Below the pieces are notes generated by a model that had not been told where the DNA came from, searched no databases, and worked only from the letters and a program-made list of their open reading frames with translations. Of a DNA stretch of 64,000 bases, positions 46,328-56,198 are shown in pieces. Source of the DNA: an uncultured Candidatus Binatia bacterium. Lineage in GTDB: Bacteria; Desulfobacterota; Binatia; Bin18. The DNA lies in the NCBI GenBank assembly GCA_958296235.1, contig OY282457.1, positions 4,545,684-4,609,683 of the forward strand, written 5' to 3'. The position numbers and the translations under genes were made by a program. Each line of letters opens with the position of its first letter. Positions within the stretch are counted from its first letter, which is position 1.

Positions 46328-47245
46328 TCAGGGCCGTTTCGTGACGGCGATGCCAATCCCGCCTAACATGACCGGGATGCCCCAGGGGTCAACGATAGGG
46401 AATTTGCTGACCAGCCATTCCCGCGGACCGTCAGGGGAGGGGATCGTCTCTGTGAGTTGTTCGCCCTGTCCGCCGGAGAGGACGCGCTGGTCGTTTTTTC
46501 GGACCTGTTCCGCCACATCCGGCGGTAAAATCTCGAAGTCAGTCTGGCCGAGCCAGGTGAGGCCCTTATCCGGGAACAGGGTCTTCCACAGATTCACCAA
46601 GGTCTCATTCGCATACAAATAGTGCCCCTCCAGGTCTTTGATAAAGGCGATGCCGGGCAGGTGGTGGAGGAATAGCGACAGACGTTCTTCCGTTTGCTGG
46701 AGCGTTTCTTCGATATGTTTGCGCTCCGTAATGTCCAGGGTTGCGCCATCAATACGGACCGGCTGGCCATCCGGCCTGACGCGCGCCCGCGCCCGCGAGC
46801 GGAGCCACTTAATGCTGCCGTCTTGCGTGACGATACGAAATTCATATTCGGTTGTCTGCTCGGATGGCAGGGACTGAAGGGTCTGTGTCACCTGCGCTAA
46901 GTCATCTGGATGAATATACTGTTGGAGCGGATTGGGTTTGCCTATAAGTGCCTCGGTGGCATACCCGGTGATCCGGGTAAAACTCTCAGTCAACCAGTCC
47001 AGGATGAGGCGGTCCTGGTCAGTGACGCGAAAGGAAAACGCATAATCAAAGGCCGATTCGTTAATGACCCGTTGGCGCGCTTCACTCTCGCGTAAGGCGG
47101 CCTCTGTCTGTTGGTGTGCGGTTTCAATCGCTTCGAGCTGTGCCACCCGGTTGCGCAGGGTCGCTATTTCCTGCTCCAGCGCGGCTCGCGGTTTTCTCGC
47201 CACGCCCATGCTGCTCGTCTTGCTGTCTTTGCTCGTCCTGCCCAT
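46328..47245 (-). CDS. PAS/PAC domain protein (two PAS domains, no output domain)
   Basis: Coiled coil plus two PAS S-boxes (ITGYATEALIGKPN..., GATLDITERK). Confidence 0.8.
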   Translation of the reverse strand: MGRTSKDSKTSSMGVARKPRAALEQEIATLRNRVAQLEAIETAHQQTEAALRESEARQRVINESAFDYAFSFRVTDQDRLILDWLTESFTRITGYATEALIGKPNPLQQYIHPDDLAQVTQTLQSLPSEQTTEYEFRIVTQDGSIKWLRSRARARVRPDGQPVRIDGATLDITERKHIEETLQQTEERLSLFLHHLPGIAFIKDLEGHYLYANETLVNLWKTLFPDKGLTWLGQTDFEILPPDVAEQVRKNDQRVLSGGQGEQLTETIPSPDGPREWLVSKFPIVDPWGIPVMLGGIGIAVTKRP

Positions 47246-47420
47246 TGTCTCCAGCCTGCCCCTTCTTTCGTCAGACCGGGTCTGAATTCCTCTCCCCTAT
47301 AGACGAATACCTCTAGGCAAGTAAAGAAAAATCTGCCACGCATCATGCGGTATGCAGGAGCGAAGAGGGGCAGCCGCGGGCCGTGGAGCTTGGCGAGTGA
47401 AGCCCGGCTGCCTGCCTCGG

Positions 47421-47999
47421 TCAGGCTCCCTCTCGCTGGCCCGGATGCAGCAGGTTGGGCCGCGGCGGGAGGGTCAGGACTTCCTCGGAAAAGAATTCGG
47501 CGAGATATTGGACGATGTGCTTCACGGATAACATGCCGACCGGTTGTCCGCTGTCATCGACAATCGGGAGCCGCCGAAATGCGCCCTCTCCCATGAGGTT
47601 GAGGGCGAAGGCAATGGGCGCATCAACGACGAGAGTTTCCGGGTCGGACGTCATCACACTCTCAACCTGGGTCTGATTCAGGTCCAGTTGAGGCCCAATC
47701 ACGCGGTTCAACAGATCCCGTTCTGTGAAGATCCCAATAATGGTCTGCTCGTGTCGAACGAGCACGCAGCCAATTTTATTCTCGCGCATCTGGGCAATGG
47801 CGTCTGAAACCGTTGTATGCGGAGCAACAATCACCGGCGGGACATACGGAAGCAGGCTGACCGGCTCGTTCAGCAGGCTCTCATCCAGGCGCTTTCTCGG
47901 TTCGGAGAGGCGCTCCGTTATGGTCTGCTCTTCCTCCACGAGACCTTCGCCTGGGTAGGCGTCCGCATTGGCTTGGTGTGAGGCTTTTACCTGTGCCAT
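47421..47999 (-). CDS. CBS-pair domain protein
   Basis: Two CBS motifs (GCVLVRHEQTIIGIFTERDL; RRLPIVDDSGQPVGMLSVKHIV). Confidence 0.8.
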   Translation of the reverse strand: MAQVKASHQANADAYPGEGLVEEEQTITERLSEPRKRLDESLLNEPVSLLPYVPPVIVAPHTTVSDAIAQMRENKIGCVLVRHEQTIIGIFTERDLLNRVIGPQLDLNQTQVESVMTSDPETLVVDAPIAFALNLMGEGAFRRLPIVDDSGQPVGMLSVKHIVQYLAEFFSEEVLTLPPRPNLLHPGQREGA

Positions 48000-48174
48000 A
48001 AGTTTCCCTCCTCAATATGAGAATGTTCTCAGGAATTCCTTAGCACCGAGTCGGAGATAAATACAAGAAAAAATGGCAAGAGACTGGAGGGAGAGGATAC
48101 GAGAGGAGACAGTGCCGAAAGGGGGCAGGGGGAGTCGACCTCCCCCTGCGTCGCTCTGGAAACGCTGTGCCTGT

Positions 48175-49260
48175 TCAATGTCCGGCCACTTCATCCCGTT
48201 CTCGCAGCCAGGAGACGACCTGGGGCCAGAGTTTTTTCTGAGCGCCCGAACTGACAGCCGCGCCGATATGACCGGTCGGGAACACAATAGTGCCGGCATC
48301 CGGGCTGCCAACCAGGTCTTCTAACGGCAGGCTGGATTGGGGATGGACAATATCATCATGTTCACCAATGACGTTGAGGACGGGGCAGGTGATGTCTTTG
48401 AGATTGGCCCGACGCGACCCGACCGGCATCTGGTTTTTCATAATCAGGTTCTGGCGTGAGACATCGCCGGCCATTTCCTTAAAAATTTGACCGGCCATCG
48501 GGACATCGCTGTTCATCCAGCGCTCAAAGAGCTCGAACATCTCCGCATAGCCCTTTTGGTCTTTACTCCGATACAGGCCGACATATTTGTCCAGGGCGTG
48601 GTGGACGGGCGCCATAGCGTCGAAGTTGGCCTTCATGAACCACGCCGGACAGTTGCCATACACACTGGTGACAAGATCAATGGTCTGCGGCGAGATTTTG
48701 CTCATCAGTTGCTGGCTGGGCAGCTCCTGTGCGCTCATGTCGAGGGGCAGGGTAAAATCAATCAGATTTTTGACCTGCTGCGGAAAGAGGGCCGTATACA
48801 GCGTGGTCAGGAGCCCGCCAAAGCAGTAGCCGAGGAGGGAGACCTGGTCGCTCCCGTCCCGTTCTTGAATCGCGCGGACCGCGTTGCCGACATCGCCATT
48901 CACATAGGCGTCAAAGCCGCGCCAGCTATCCGCTCGCGTCGGCGGAATCCAGTCTATGAAATACACCTCTACACCGTGTTTGGTCAGCGTTTCGACCACG
49001 CTCCGACCCGGCAGCAGATCAAGGATGAACGGGCGTTTCACCAGCGAATAGACCAGGAGTAGCGGCGTGCGCAGCCGTTGGCCTTGGGCCGGATAGTGTC
49101 GCAGGCGGACCTTGCCGCCTTCGTAGACCACTGTATAAGGCGTGGTCGGCGCCGGGTCTTCATCAACCGGATACTCATCCATGAAACCCCGCCGCCAGCC
49201 TTCGAGCGACCGGACCGCCCCTTCCATCCAATAGTTTGAAACCTCACTGAATACTGACAT
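48175..49260 (-). CDS. phaC: Class III poly(3-hydroxyalkanoate) synthase PhaC-like alpha/beta hydrolase
   Basis: About 360 aa with lipase-box Cys (GYCFGG) and the PhaC class III N-terminal pattern. No phaE is seen nearby. Confidence 0.7.
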   Translation of the reverse strand: MSVFSEVSNYWMEGAVRSLEGWRRGFMDEYPVDEDPAPTTPYTVVYEGGKVRLRHYPAQGQRLRTPLLLVYSLVKRPFILDLLPGRSVVETLTKHGVEVYFIDWIPPTRADSWRGFDAYVNGDVGNAVRAIQERDGSDQVSLLGYCFGGLLTTLYTALFPQQVKNLIDFTLPLDMSAQELPSQQLMSKISPQTIDLVTSVYGNCPAWFMKANFDAMAPVHHALDKYVGLYRSKDQKGYAEMFELFERWMNSDVPMAGQIFKEMAGDVSRQNLIMKNQMPVGSRRANLKDITCPVLNVIGEHDDIVHPQSSLPLEDLVGSPDAGTIVFPTGHIGAAVSSGAQKKLWPQVVSWLRERDEVAGH

Positions 49261-49581
49261 GGCGACCTCCTCAGACTGAGAGTATGACTGTGCTTACTTG
49301 AACTTTCCTCACGATAGGCTGTCCGGCGCGGAGTGCAAAGAAAACATCTGTCACCTATGTGACGGAAGCCTGTCTTTCTTGTGGACTATGTAGGATTTCT
49401 GTCACCTGGGTAACAATTCCTTGCGCGCTGCTCTGAGTCTCATGTCAGCTTCGGCGTAGCGGGATGTCGTGTCGCTCGCCGTATGATTTGAGCTTCAAGC
49501 TCCCAAGTGATAAACTCACGCCGCTTTCGAGCGCGCAGGCGTAAATTCCGAACTCCCGGGCAACATCCGGCAACGTTAAAA

Positions 49582-50634
49582 ATGACTGCGAAAAAGACGC
49601 TGACGACACATGAAACGAACTGTACCCGAGGATTCCGCAAACCGGCAAAGTTGGCGCTCCGCGCCGGCCGCCTGACCTGGGCCGTTGCCGGCGCCGTCAG
49701 TCTGGCGCTGTTCGGCCTCGTTGTGGCGCAACTGGACGCGAGTTCGCTGGCCGCCGCATTCGACGGAATCTCACTGACCCTCGTTGGGGTGGGCGTGGCG
49801 CTGTTTATGGTCGAGAGCCTGTTCGGAGCCTTTCGCACGCACCTGATCGCCGGCTGGCGCGGCGGGTTTCTCACCGCCATGCGCGTCACCGCTTGGCACG
49901 GGGTCTGGTTGATCGCGCTTCCCATGCGTCTGGGAGAAGTGGCCTGGGTCGTCGCCATGCAGCGCGCGTATGGCTGGAACGTCGCCACCGCGACCGCTTG
50001 CGCGGTGATGCAGCGCCTGCTTGACCTGGCGGTCGTCGCGGCCTGTCTGCTCGTGACGCTACCGGCTACCCTCGGTCTGCACGAGGATCGGCCATTCGCG
50101 TTCTTCGCCTTGGCCGGCGCGGTCTGTCTACTGGCGCTGATTGGACTAATGACGCTGCCCATCTGGTTGCGTCTCGCCGCCGGGATTCTGCTCCGTACCG
50201 GGCGTCCGCGCGGCCGGCGGCGTTTGATGCGTCATCTGCATCAGGCGCGCCGTTGGCTCGAAGATGTCCGCCAGCGCCGTGTCATGCTGCGCTGCATCGT
50301 TCCGACCGTGCTGATATGGACAGCCGTCATCGCCGCCTATTGGAGCCTCTGCCAAGCGGCCGGCCTGGACCTCGCCGTGGCAGAACTCGGCTTCGCTACG
50401 GCCGGCAGCAACTTGGTCGCGGCGCTTCCGGTGCAGTCCGTCGGCGGCATCGGCCTGTTGGAAGCGGGTTTCACCGGCCTCGTCGCGTGGCTCGGCGCGC
50501 CGGCCGGAACCGCGGCCCTGGTCGCCTTGGCGGTCCGTTTCGCCTTAATAGCCGAGGCCGGCCTGTTCTGGCTGATCGTCACGGTGGCGAGCCCGATCGC
50601 TAATCGAATCGAAATCGAACCCAAGGTGCTATGA
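49582..50634 (+). CDS. Flippase-like membrane protein (lysylphosphatidylglycerol-synthase TM-region family, UPF0104)
   Basis: 8-TM layout, Arg-rich cytoplasmic loop and the PF03706-like pattern. Start at MTAKKTL. Confidence 0.7.
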   Translation: MTAKKTLTTHETNCTRGFRKPAKLALRAGRLTWAVAGAVSLALFGLVVAQLDASSLAAAFDGISLTLVGVGVALFMVESLFGAFRTHLIAGWRGGFLTAMRVTAWHGVWLIALPMRLGEVAWVVAMQRAYGWNVATATACAVMQRLLDLAVVAACLLVTLPATLGLHEDRPFAFFALAGAVCLLALIGLMTLPIWLRLAAGILLRTGRPRGRRRLMRHLHQARRWLEDVRQRRVMLRCIVPTVLIWTAVIAAYWSLCQAAGLDLAVAELGFATAGSNLVAALPVQSVGGIGLLEAGFTGLVAWLGAPAGTAALVALAVRFALIAEAGLFWLIVTVASPIANRIEIEPKVL

Positions 50635-50644
50635 GTAGCCTATA

Positions 50645-51622
50645 GTGACTATCCCCCCCGAAAAAATCGCGGTAGTTGTTCCGTGTTATCGCTGTCTCGA
50701 CCATATCGAGGACGTGCTTGCCCGACTCGGTCCTGAAGTCGCACAGATTGTCGTCGTCGACGATGCTTGTCCACAGGGCACTGGCAGGCACGTCGAAGCC
50801 ACGGTGACGGACCCTCGAATCAGGGTGCTCTACCAGGACGAGAACACCGGAGTCGGGGGGGCGGTTCTCAAGGGGATGGCCTACGCGCGCGAGGCCGGTG
50901 CCGACATCCTGGTCAAGGTTGATGGCGACGGACAGATGGCACCCGAACTGATGGAGCGGTTCGTGTCGCCCATCGCGGCGGGGCGGGCCGACTATACCAA
51001 GGGCAACCGCTTCCACGCCTATCAACTCGTCAAGGACATGCCCTATGGCCGCCTTATTGGCAACGGAATGCTCTCTTTTCTGACTAAGCTGGCGAGTGGG
51101 TACTGGAACGTATTTGACCCGACGAACGGCTATATTGCTATCAGTGGCGCGGTTTTCGACGAACTGCCGCTGAAGAAAATGCAGCCGCGCTACTTCTTCG
51201 AGACGGACATGCTTTGCGAGCTTGGCCTGCTCCGTGCCGTTGTCATGGATATTCCCATGCGCGCAATCTATGGCGACGAACGGAGCGGACTGTCGCCGAT
51301 TCGCGAGATTGTGCCGTTCTTCTGGCTCAATGTGGTGAGATTCCTGCGCCGCGTGATTTATAATTACTTTCTGCGCGACTTTTCTATGGGATCGATCTAT
51401 CTGATAACTGGCGTTCCCTTGTTGCTTTTCGGCCTCGTCTTCGGAACTTGGCAATGGGCTGCCCTGGCCGCCGCCGGTCTCTCCGCGAGCGCGGGCACGG
51501 TCATGCTGGCGGCCTTACCCGTCATTCTCGGGTTCATTCTCGTCCTCAATTTTCTCGCGATCGACGTCACGACGGTTCCGAAAGAGTCGCTTCATCCAAG
51601 ATTGGGAGATGCTCTCAAATGA
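50645..51622 (+). CDS. GT2 polyprenyl-phosphate glycosyltransferase (ArnC/DPM1/GtrB-like) with C-terminal TM helices
   Basis: GT-A motifs (VVVPCYRC, DD, VDGDGQ) and two C-terminal TM helices. Confidence 0.85.
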   Translation: MTIPPEKIAVVVPCYRCLDHIEDVLARLGPEVAQIVVVDDACPQGTGRHVEATVTDPRIRVLYQDENTGVGGAVLKGMAYAREAGADILVKVDGDGQMAPELMERFVSPIAAGRADYTKGNRFHAYQLVKDMPYGRLIGNGMLSFLTKLASGYWNVFDPTNGYIAISGAVFDELPLKKMQPRYFFETDMLCELGLLRAVVMDIPMRAIYGDERSGLSPIREIVPFFWLNVVRFLRRVIYNYFLRDFSMGSIYLITGVPLLLFGLVFGTWQWAALAAAGLSASAGTVMLAALPVILGFILVLNFLAIDVTTVPKESLHPRLGDALK

Positions 51623-52464
51623 TCTTCGATCCAGCGGCCCACCTGGTCGCGAGCCGGCGTCTGCCGAGAAAGGCCGCCGTTCTGTCTATCGACGTGGAGT
51701 ACGACTACAACGGGGTTCGGGCTGACGCATTGAACCGGCTGCCCGCTCTGCTTGACGCCGTTCGGGATGCCCGCCTGCCGTTGACCGCGTTTGTGGAAGG
51801 GCGACTGTTTGCCGAGCGGCCGGACCTGTGCGCCGGCCTTGTCGAGGCCGGTGCCGACTTGCAACTCCATTGCTACGACCATCGAGAGCCGGGCGATACG
51901 GCTGAGAGCCTTCAGGCGAGCATCGCCGCCTTCGAGAGGTTTGTGGGTACCCGGCCGCGCGGATACCGGGCGCACACCTACCGGCTGACGGAAGAACTCT
52001 TTCAGGCGGTGGTGGCGGAAGGCTTCGCATGGGATTCTTCGATCCTGCCGGGCATCGGCCTCGGCAACCATCCGGGTCGGGTGTTTCGCCAAGGTGACTG
52101 GTTCGTGATTGACGACGCGCTTGCGGAGTTTCCAGTCGCAAGCTGGCGCGCCCTGGGCATTCCGTTCACGCATTCCTACCGGCAACTGATGGGACGATTC
52201 GTTGAGTCGGCGCTCGATCGCACGGCGTCGCTGCCGGCGCTGCTGGTCTACGACATGCACATGGTGGACTTGGTCCCGGACGGTCGGATTGGGAAGTCGC
52301 CCCTGCCGCTGTGGCTGAAGGGCGCTCACGCGCTGGCACGGAGTCGGCAGCGCGGATGCGACGACTTGACGGCGCTGGGCGACCGCCTGCGGGCACGGGG
52401 CTACGAATGGTGCACTTTGTCACACTGTCACGAACGGCTGACCAGGACGGGTCCATGCGGGTGA
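51619..52464 (+). CDS. NodB-type polysaccharide deacetylase / ArnD-like deformylase
   Basis: NodB homology (SIDVEYDY, HCYDH, RAHTY). ATGA overlap with the GT2 gene. Confidence 0.7.
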   Translation: MIFDPAAHLVASRRLPRKAAVLSIDVEYDYNGVRADALNRLPALLDAVRDARLPLTAFVEGRLFAERPDLCAGLVEAGADLQLHCYDHREPGDTAESLQASIAAFERFVGTRPRGYRAHTYRLTEELFQAVVAEGFAWDSSILPGIGLGNHPGRVFRQGDWFVIDDALAEFPVASWRALGIPFTHSYRQLMGRFVESALDRTASLPALLVYDMHMVDLVPDGRIGKSPLPLWLKGAHALARSRQRGCDDLTALGDRLRARGYEWCTLSHCHERLTRTGPCG

Positions 52465-53360
52465 ATGGCCGCCTGATTTCGGGACACAGTCCAGGCTTCG
52501 TCGCAGCTTGGCGGTCTGTGCACTGCGATGTATATCACTGGCAGCAGAAAGACCGGTTTGCCGTCGTGCCGTCGCTGTTCGGCGCGCCGACGTTCGCCTA
52601 TCTGCCGGGCCTCAACTATGCCGACCTGAACGCCGCGGCAGCGCGAGGGCTTGCGCGGGAGATGGCGGGTCGTTCGTTCAACATCCGGGCGCTGACAGCG
52701 CCGCAAGGAGAACCGTCGCCCGGCGCACCCGTGGTTCTCAGGCTTGACCTCGCCGCGTTCGGTCATGATCGGGATGCCGTTTGGGAACAGGCGCTGAAAG
52801 GGGTAAAGCGGAAAGCGGTCCGGCGGGCGCGAAAAGCCGGGCTCGGGGTCGCCGAAGAGACCGGGCCGGCCGCGCTGAAGGCGTTCCGCGGCCTGCTGTC
52901 CGCCACCCTCGTCCGGCACGGGGTGCCGCTCATGCCGGCGGCGCTGTTTGATGCCCTGATCGGCGAGATCGGCGCTCGGATACTGGTGGTTCGGAACACC
53001 GGCGGCGAAGCACTGGCGAGTCTGCTCTGGTTTCGCGACGGTCGGCTTGCCTGGGTGCCCTGGTTGGGGTCGCTACCGAGCGCCGACTGCCCCGGCGACC
53101 TGCTCTTCTGGGGGCTGATAGAACAAGCCCTGAGCGAGGGCGCGGACGTCGTCGATTTCGGACGCTCCTCGGTCGGCGGCGGGACCTGCCGGTTCAAACG
53201 GGGATTTGGCGCTGTTCCCATCCCCGTCTTATGGCTCTCCGACAAGCCGGACGATCTCTATCGCCGCTACGCGCCGGCGCAGAAGCTGTGGCGCGCGCTT
53301 CCGCGCTTCGTGACCGACAGTCTCGGTCCCCGATTGTGCCGGTATCTGGCGGACTATTGA
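52455..53360 (+). CDS. FemAB/BioF2-like GNAT acyltransferase
   Basis: Acetyltransf_6-like C-terminal pattern (LLWFRDGRLAWVPWLGS ... DFGRSS ... RFKRGFGA). Overlaps the deacetylase gene. Confidence 0.6.
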   Translation: MRVNGRLISGHSPGFVAAWRSVHCDVYHWQQKDRFAVVPSLFGAPTFAYLPGLNYADLNAAAARGLAREMAGRSFNIRALTAPQGEPSPGAPVVLRLDLAAFGHDRDAVWEQALKGVKRKAVRRARKAGLGVAEETGPAALKAFRGLLSATLVRHGVPLMPAALFDALIGEIGARILVVRNTGGEALASLLWFRDGRLAWVPWLGSLPSADCPGDLLFWGLIEQALSEGADVVDFGRSSVGGGTCRFKRGFGAVPIPVLWLSDKPDDLYRRYAPAQKLWRALPRFVTDSLGPRLCRYLADY

Positions 53361-54911
53361 ATGCGCATTCCACGAATAGCGGCAATGACAAGCGGAAATC
53401 GAGAAAAACGAGACATGACTGTTACGGATCGTCGAGGCTCTCGGGTAAGCAGGCGAATGAATTGGAAGGTACTCTTCCACATTTTGGTATTCGCATCCCT
53501 GCTGAGCGGACATGTCTATACCGCCGTTAGCGTGCACTATACGGGTTTACCAGCCGAGGCTTATAGTAGCCAGTACTATTACATCAATGACGCCGTATCT
53601 ATCTTTCACGGATCGTACTTCGCCTCGACACAACCCGTGGAGATCGCTCCACTTTACCCCTTATGGCTGAGTACGTTAATGCATATGAGCCCAGCCTTTG
53701 CCAATTTCCTGGAATGCGCGGACGAAAACCGACAAGCCACCGGCCTTGAAAAGGAAGCCATCTGCCGCTCCTCAGACAATCTCGCGCTTTACGCGCAGGC
53801 GGTCCTGGGAGCCGTCGGCATAGGACTTGCCTGGCTGGCGGGCTGGCTTGCGTCTGGGCGTTTCATGATTGCCCATCTCAGTGCGTTTGTTGCGCTGGTG
53901 GTGGATGACTATGCGTTTTACAACACACAGTTTCGCACCGAGAGTCTGGTCATCCCGCTTTTCGCCGGCGTCAACGTTTGCCTTGCCTGGCTGGCGCTGA
54001 GGAGGGAGCGGAAGGGGCGAACAGTAGCCGTGGCGGTCGGCTGCGGGGTCATGCTTGGTGGCTTGATCCTCACGCGGCCCCCTTACGAGTACCTGCTGAC
54101 GATCCTGCCATGCACGGCGCTCGCCCATATGATGTTTCAGGGGCGATCGCGGCGGCGCGAAATCGCTGTTGCCGCAGCGTGTATTCTGATCAGCGCTTCG
54201 TTAGTGGTGACGCCTTGGATCGTCCGTAACTACATGGCCAGAGGTTTTGTGGGACTCACGGAAACTTATGCCCCGGTAATCCTCGTCCAACGGATCAATT
54301 TCAACGCCATGACCTGGGAGCAGTGGACCGCCGCCTGGTTGGTTTGGAGTTTTAGCCAGGGGCGTATTCTGGCGACCGAGTTGTTCGGGTCCGAAACCGT
54401 CGCGCCCTTGATCTATTTCCACCCGGAACATTTTGAAACACAAAGAACTGGACCGGAATTGTTGGCGGGCGTGGCGCTGAGAGATCAACGCGGCATCCTG
54501 GCGGCGCATGTATGGTCCGATCTTCCGAAACACTTGGTCGTCAGCGCGCCCCTGGCGTGGAGAGGCCTGAACAAGTTCAGGCCGAGCGCATGGTTGTATG
54601 GCATTACACCGATTTGGGGCATGATCCTGTTGGTGGCGATCTTCGTCAGTCTCGTACGAGGTACGCGGCAAAACCGGACAGTTCTGCTGGCGTTGACGTT
54701 CTGCCCGATCGTCCTCCTGGCAATCCACGCGCTCGTATCCGTCAACGTTCCCCGATACAACATCGGATGGGTGACACCCTTGTCGGTCGCGGCGGCGCTG
54801 CCAATTGCTTGGGTCATCGACGGCGCGTGGAACAGACTACGCCGGTGGATTCCGTGGACAAGGTCCCATCCGTCAGAACCACCTGACACACCCCCTGACA
54901 GGCAGCCATGA
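53361..54911 (+). CDS. Polytopic membrane protein, candidate GT-C-type glycosyltransferase (ArnT/PMT-like)
   Basis: More than 10 predicted TM helices with loops. ATG directly abuts the upstream stop. Confidence 0.4.
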   Translation: MRIPRIAAMTSGNREKRDMTVTDRRGSRVSRRMNWKVLFHILVFASLLSGHVYTAVSVHYTGLPAEAYSSQYYYINDAVSIFHGSYFASTQPVEIAPLYPLWLSTLMHMSPAFANFLECADENRQATGLEKEAICRSSDNLALYAQAVLGAVGIGLAWLAGWLASGRFMIAHLSAFVALVVDDYAFYNTQFRTESLVIPLFAGVNVCLAWLALRRERKGRTVAVAVGCGVMLGGLILTRPPYEYLLTILPCTALAHMMFQGRSRRREIAVAAACILISASLVVTPWIVRNYMARGFVGLTETYAPVILVQRINFNAMTWEQWTAAWLVWSFSQGRILATELFGSETVAPLIYFHPEHFETQRTGPELLAGVALRDQRGILAAHVWSDLPKHLVVSAPLAWRGLNKFRPSAWLYGITPIWGMILLVAIFVSLVRGTRQNRTVLLALTFCPIVLLAIHALVSVNVPRYNIGWVTPLSVAAALPIAWVIDGAWNRLRRWIPWTRSHPSEPPDTPPDRQP

Positions 54912-55615
54912 CACGCGCGGACATCAGGAAGGACGAGATCTATGACGGGCTTCGGGCTGATTTTGGTGCTGCCAGCCCCAAGGCCTCCGGGTATCTTTCC
55001 GAGTACTCTTTCTTCCGGGAACGCGCCCTGGTGCTGGAGGCCGTCGGCGATGAGCCGGGCACGATACTGGACCTGGCGTGCGGCGGCGGGCTGGTCACCC
55101 TGCCGCTGGCCAAGGCCGGTCACCGCGTCATCGGCCTGGACTTCAACGCGGCCGCGTGCAGGCAGGCCAAGCGGAACGGGATCGAGGCGATCCGGGGCGA
55201 CGCGTTCACCCTGCCGCTGGCGGATGGCATAGCAGATGTCGTGTTGAACGTCGAGTTCGCGCAGGAGTACGAGCTGGAGGCTGTCGGAGGCATGCTGCAC
55301 GAGGTGGCGCGCGTGCTTCGCCTTGGCGGGCGGCTGGTGATCGTCTGGGGCAACCGTGGGGCGCTGGTCCACCGGATTGCCCACCCGGCCTCTCGCATCC
55401 TGGACCGCCTGCGTGGCCGGGCTTCGTTCGCGGCGTCGGTGCGTCATTCCCCGGCTGGGATACAAACCGCGGGCGAACGGGTGGGACTCGCGCTTGACCG
55501 GATGTTTGCGATTTTCCCGCCGTTGCGTCTCCGCCTTCGTCGCGCCGACGGACCGTTGGTGAGTCTGTTCGGGTCGAGTTTTGTCGCCGTTTTTCGGAAA
55601 CAGGTTGGGCCATGA
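54908..55615 (+). CDS. Class I SAM-dependent methyltransferase (type 11)
   Basis: LDLACGGG motif I, acidic motif II. 4-nt overlap with the upstream gene. Confidence 0.8.
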   Translation: MTRADIRKDEIYDGLRADFGAASPKASGYLSEYSFFRERALVLEAVGDEPGTILDLACGGGLVTLPLAKAGHRVIGLDFNAAACRQAKRNGIEAIRGDAFTLPLADGIADVVLNVEFAQEYELEAVGGMLHEVARVLRLGGRLVIVWGNRGALVHRIAHPASRILDRLRGRASFAASVRHSPAGIQTAGERVGLALDRMFAIFPPLRLRLRRADGPLVSLFGSSFVAVFRKQVGP

Positions 55616-56175
55616 CGGGGCGGCAGCACAGCCGCGGTGCGGACTGCGGGAGGGTATGTCGGACAGGCTTGATCCCTCGATGTTTCCAGTTGTTCAAATC
55701 CGTTTTAATATACGCCACCGCCGCGATTCTCGGTGTGGCGTTTTTCTTTCTTCTGACTTATCTCGGTAATCAAGTCGCCTACATTCTGACGAAGTATGGG
55801 ATTAACAGGCTGATTGAGAACACCCAGCCCGTCATCCGCTCCAACTTCGACGTGTACCAGGACGAGAATCGGAACAGACTGATTTACGTCAGGGACGAAT
55901 GCAGCGACGATGACATTGGCCCGCCATTCTTCCTGCATATCGTCCCGGTTGACATGAATGACCTCCCTGACCATCGCAAGCAGTACAGTTTTGACAACCT
56001 GGATTTCAGTTTCGCAGGGTATAGCCACGAGTACGGGGGAACCTGCATCGCCGTTCGGTATCTGCCGGAGTACGACATTGCCAGCATCAGAACCGGCCAG
56101 TATAGACGTGTAGCAGACGGTTTCTATCAGGTCTGGAAGGGTCGCTTCGATGTCACCGGACAGACAAGCGGGTGA
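55612..56175 (+). CDS. Hypothetical membrane-anchored protein, last gene of the cluster
   Basis: One TM helix then a soluble domain. Overlaps the methyltransferase stop. Confidence 0.4.
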   Translation: MTGRQHSRGADCGRVCRTGLIPRCFQLFKSVLIYATAAILGVAFFFLLTYLGNQVAYILTKYGINRLIENTQPVIRSNFDVYQDENRNRLIYVRDECSDDDIGPPFFLHIVPVDMNDLPDHRKQYSFDNLDFSFAGYSHEYGGTCIAVRYLPEYDIASIRTGQYRRVADGFYQVWKGRFDVTGQTSG

Positions 56176-56198
56176 CAGGAGGCTTTCAGTGCTCAGAG

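Noticed and set aside
49440-50162. 240-aa Arg/Ala/Thr-rich ORF on the minus strand
   Set aside because: It is antisense to the flippase-like membrane protein gene. The composition-driven open frame is typical of high-GC DNA, has no SD and no domain similarity.
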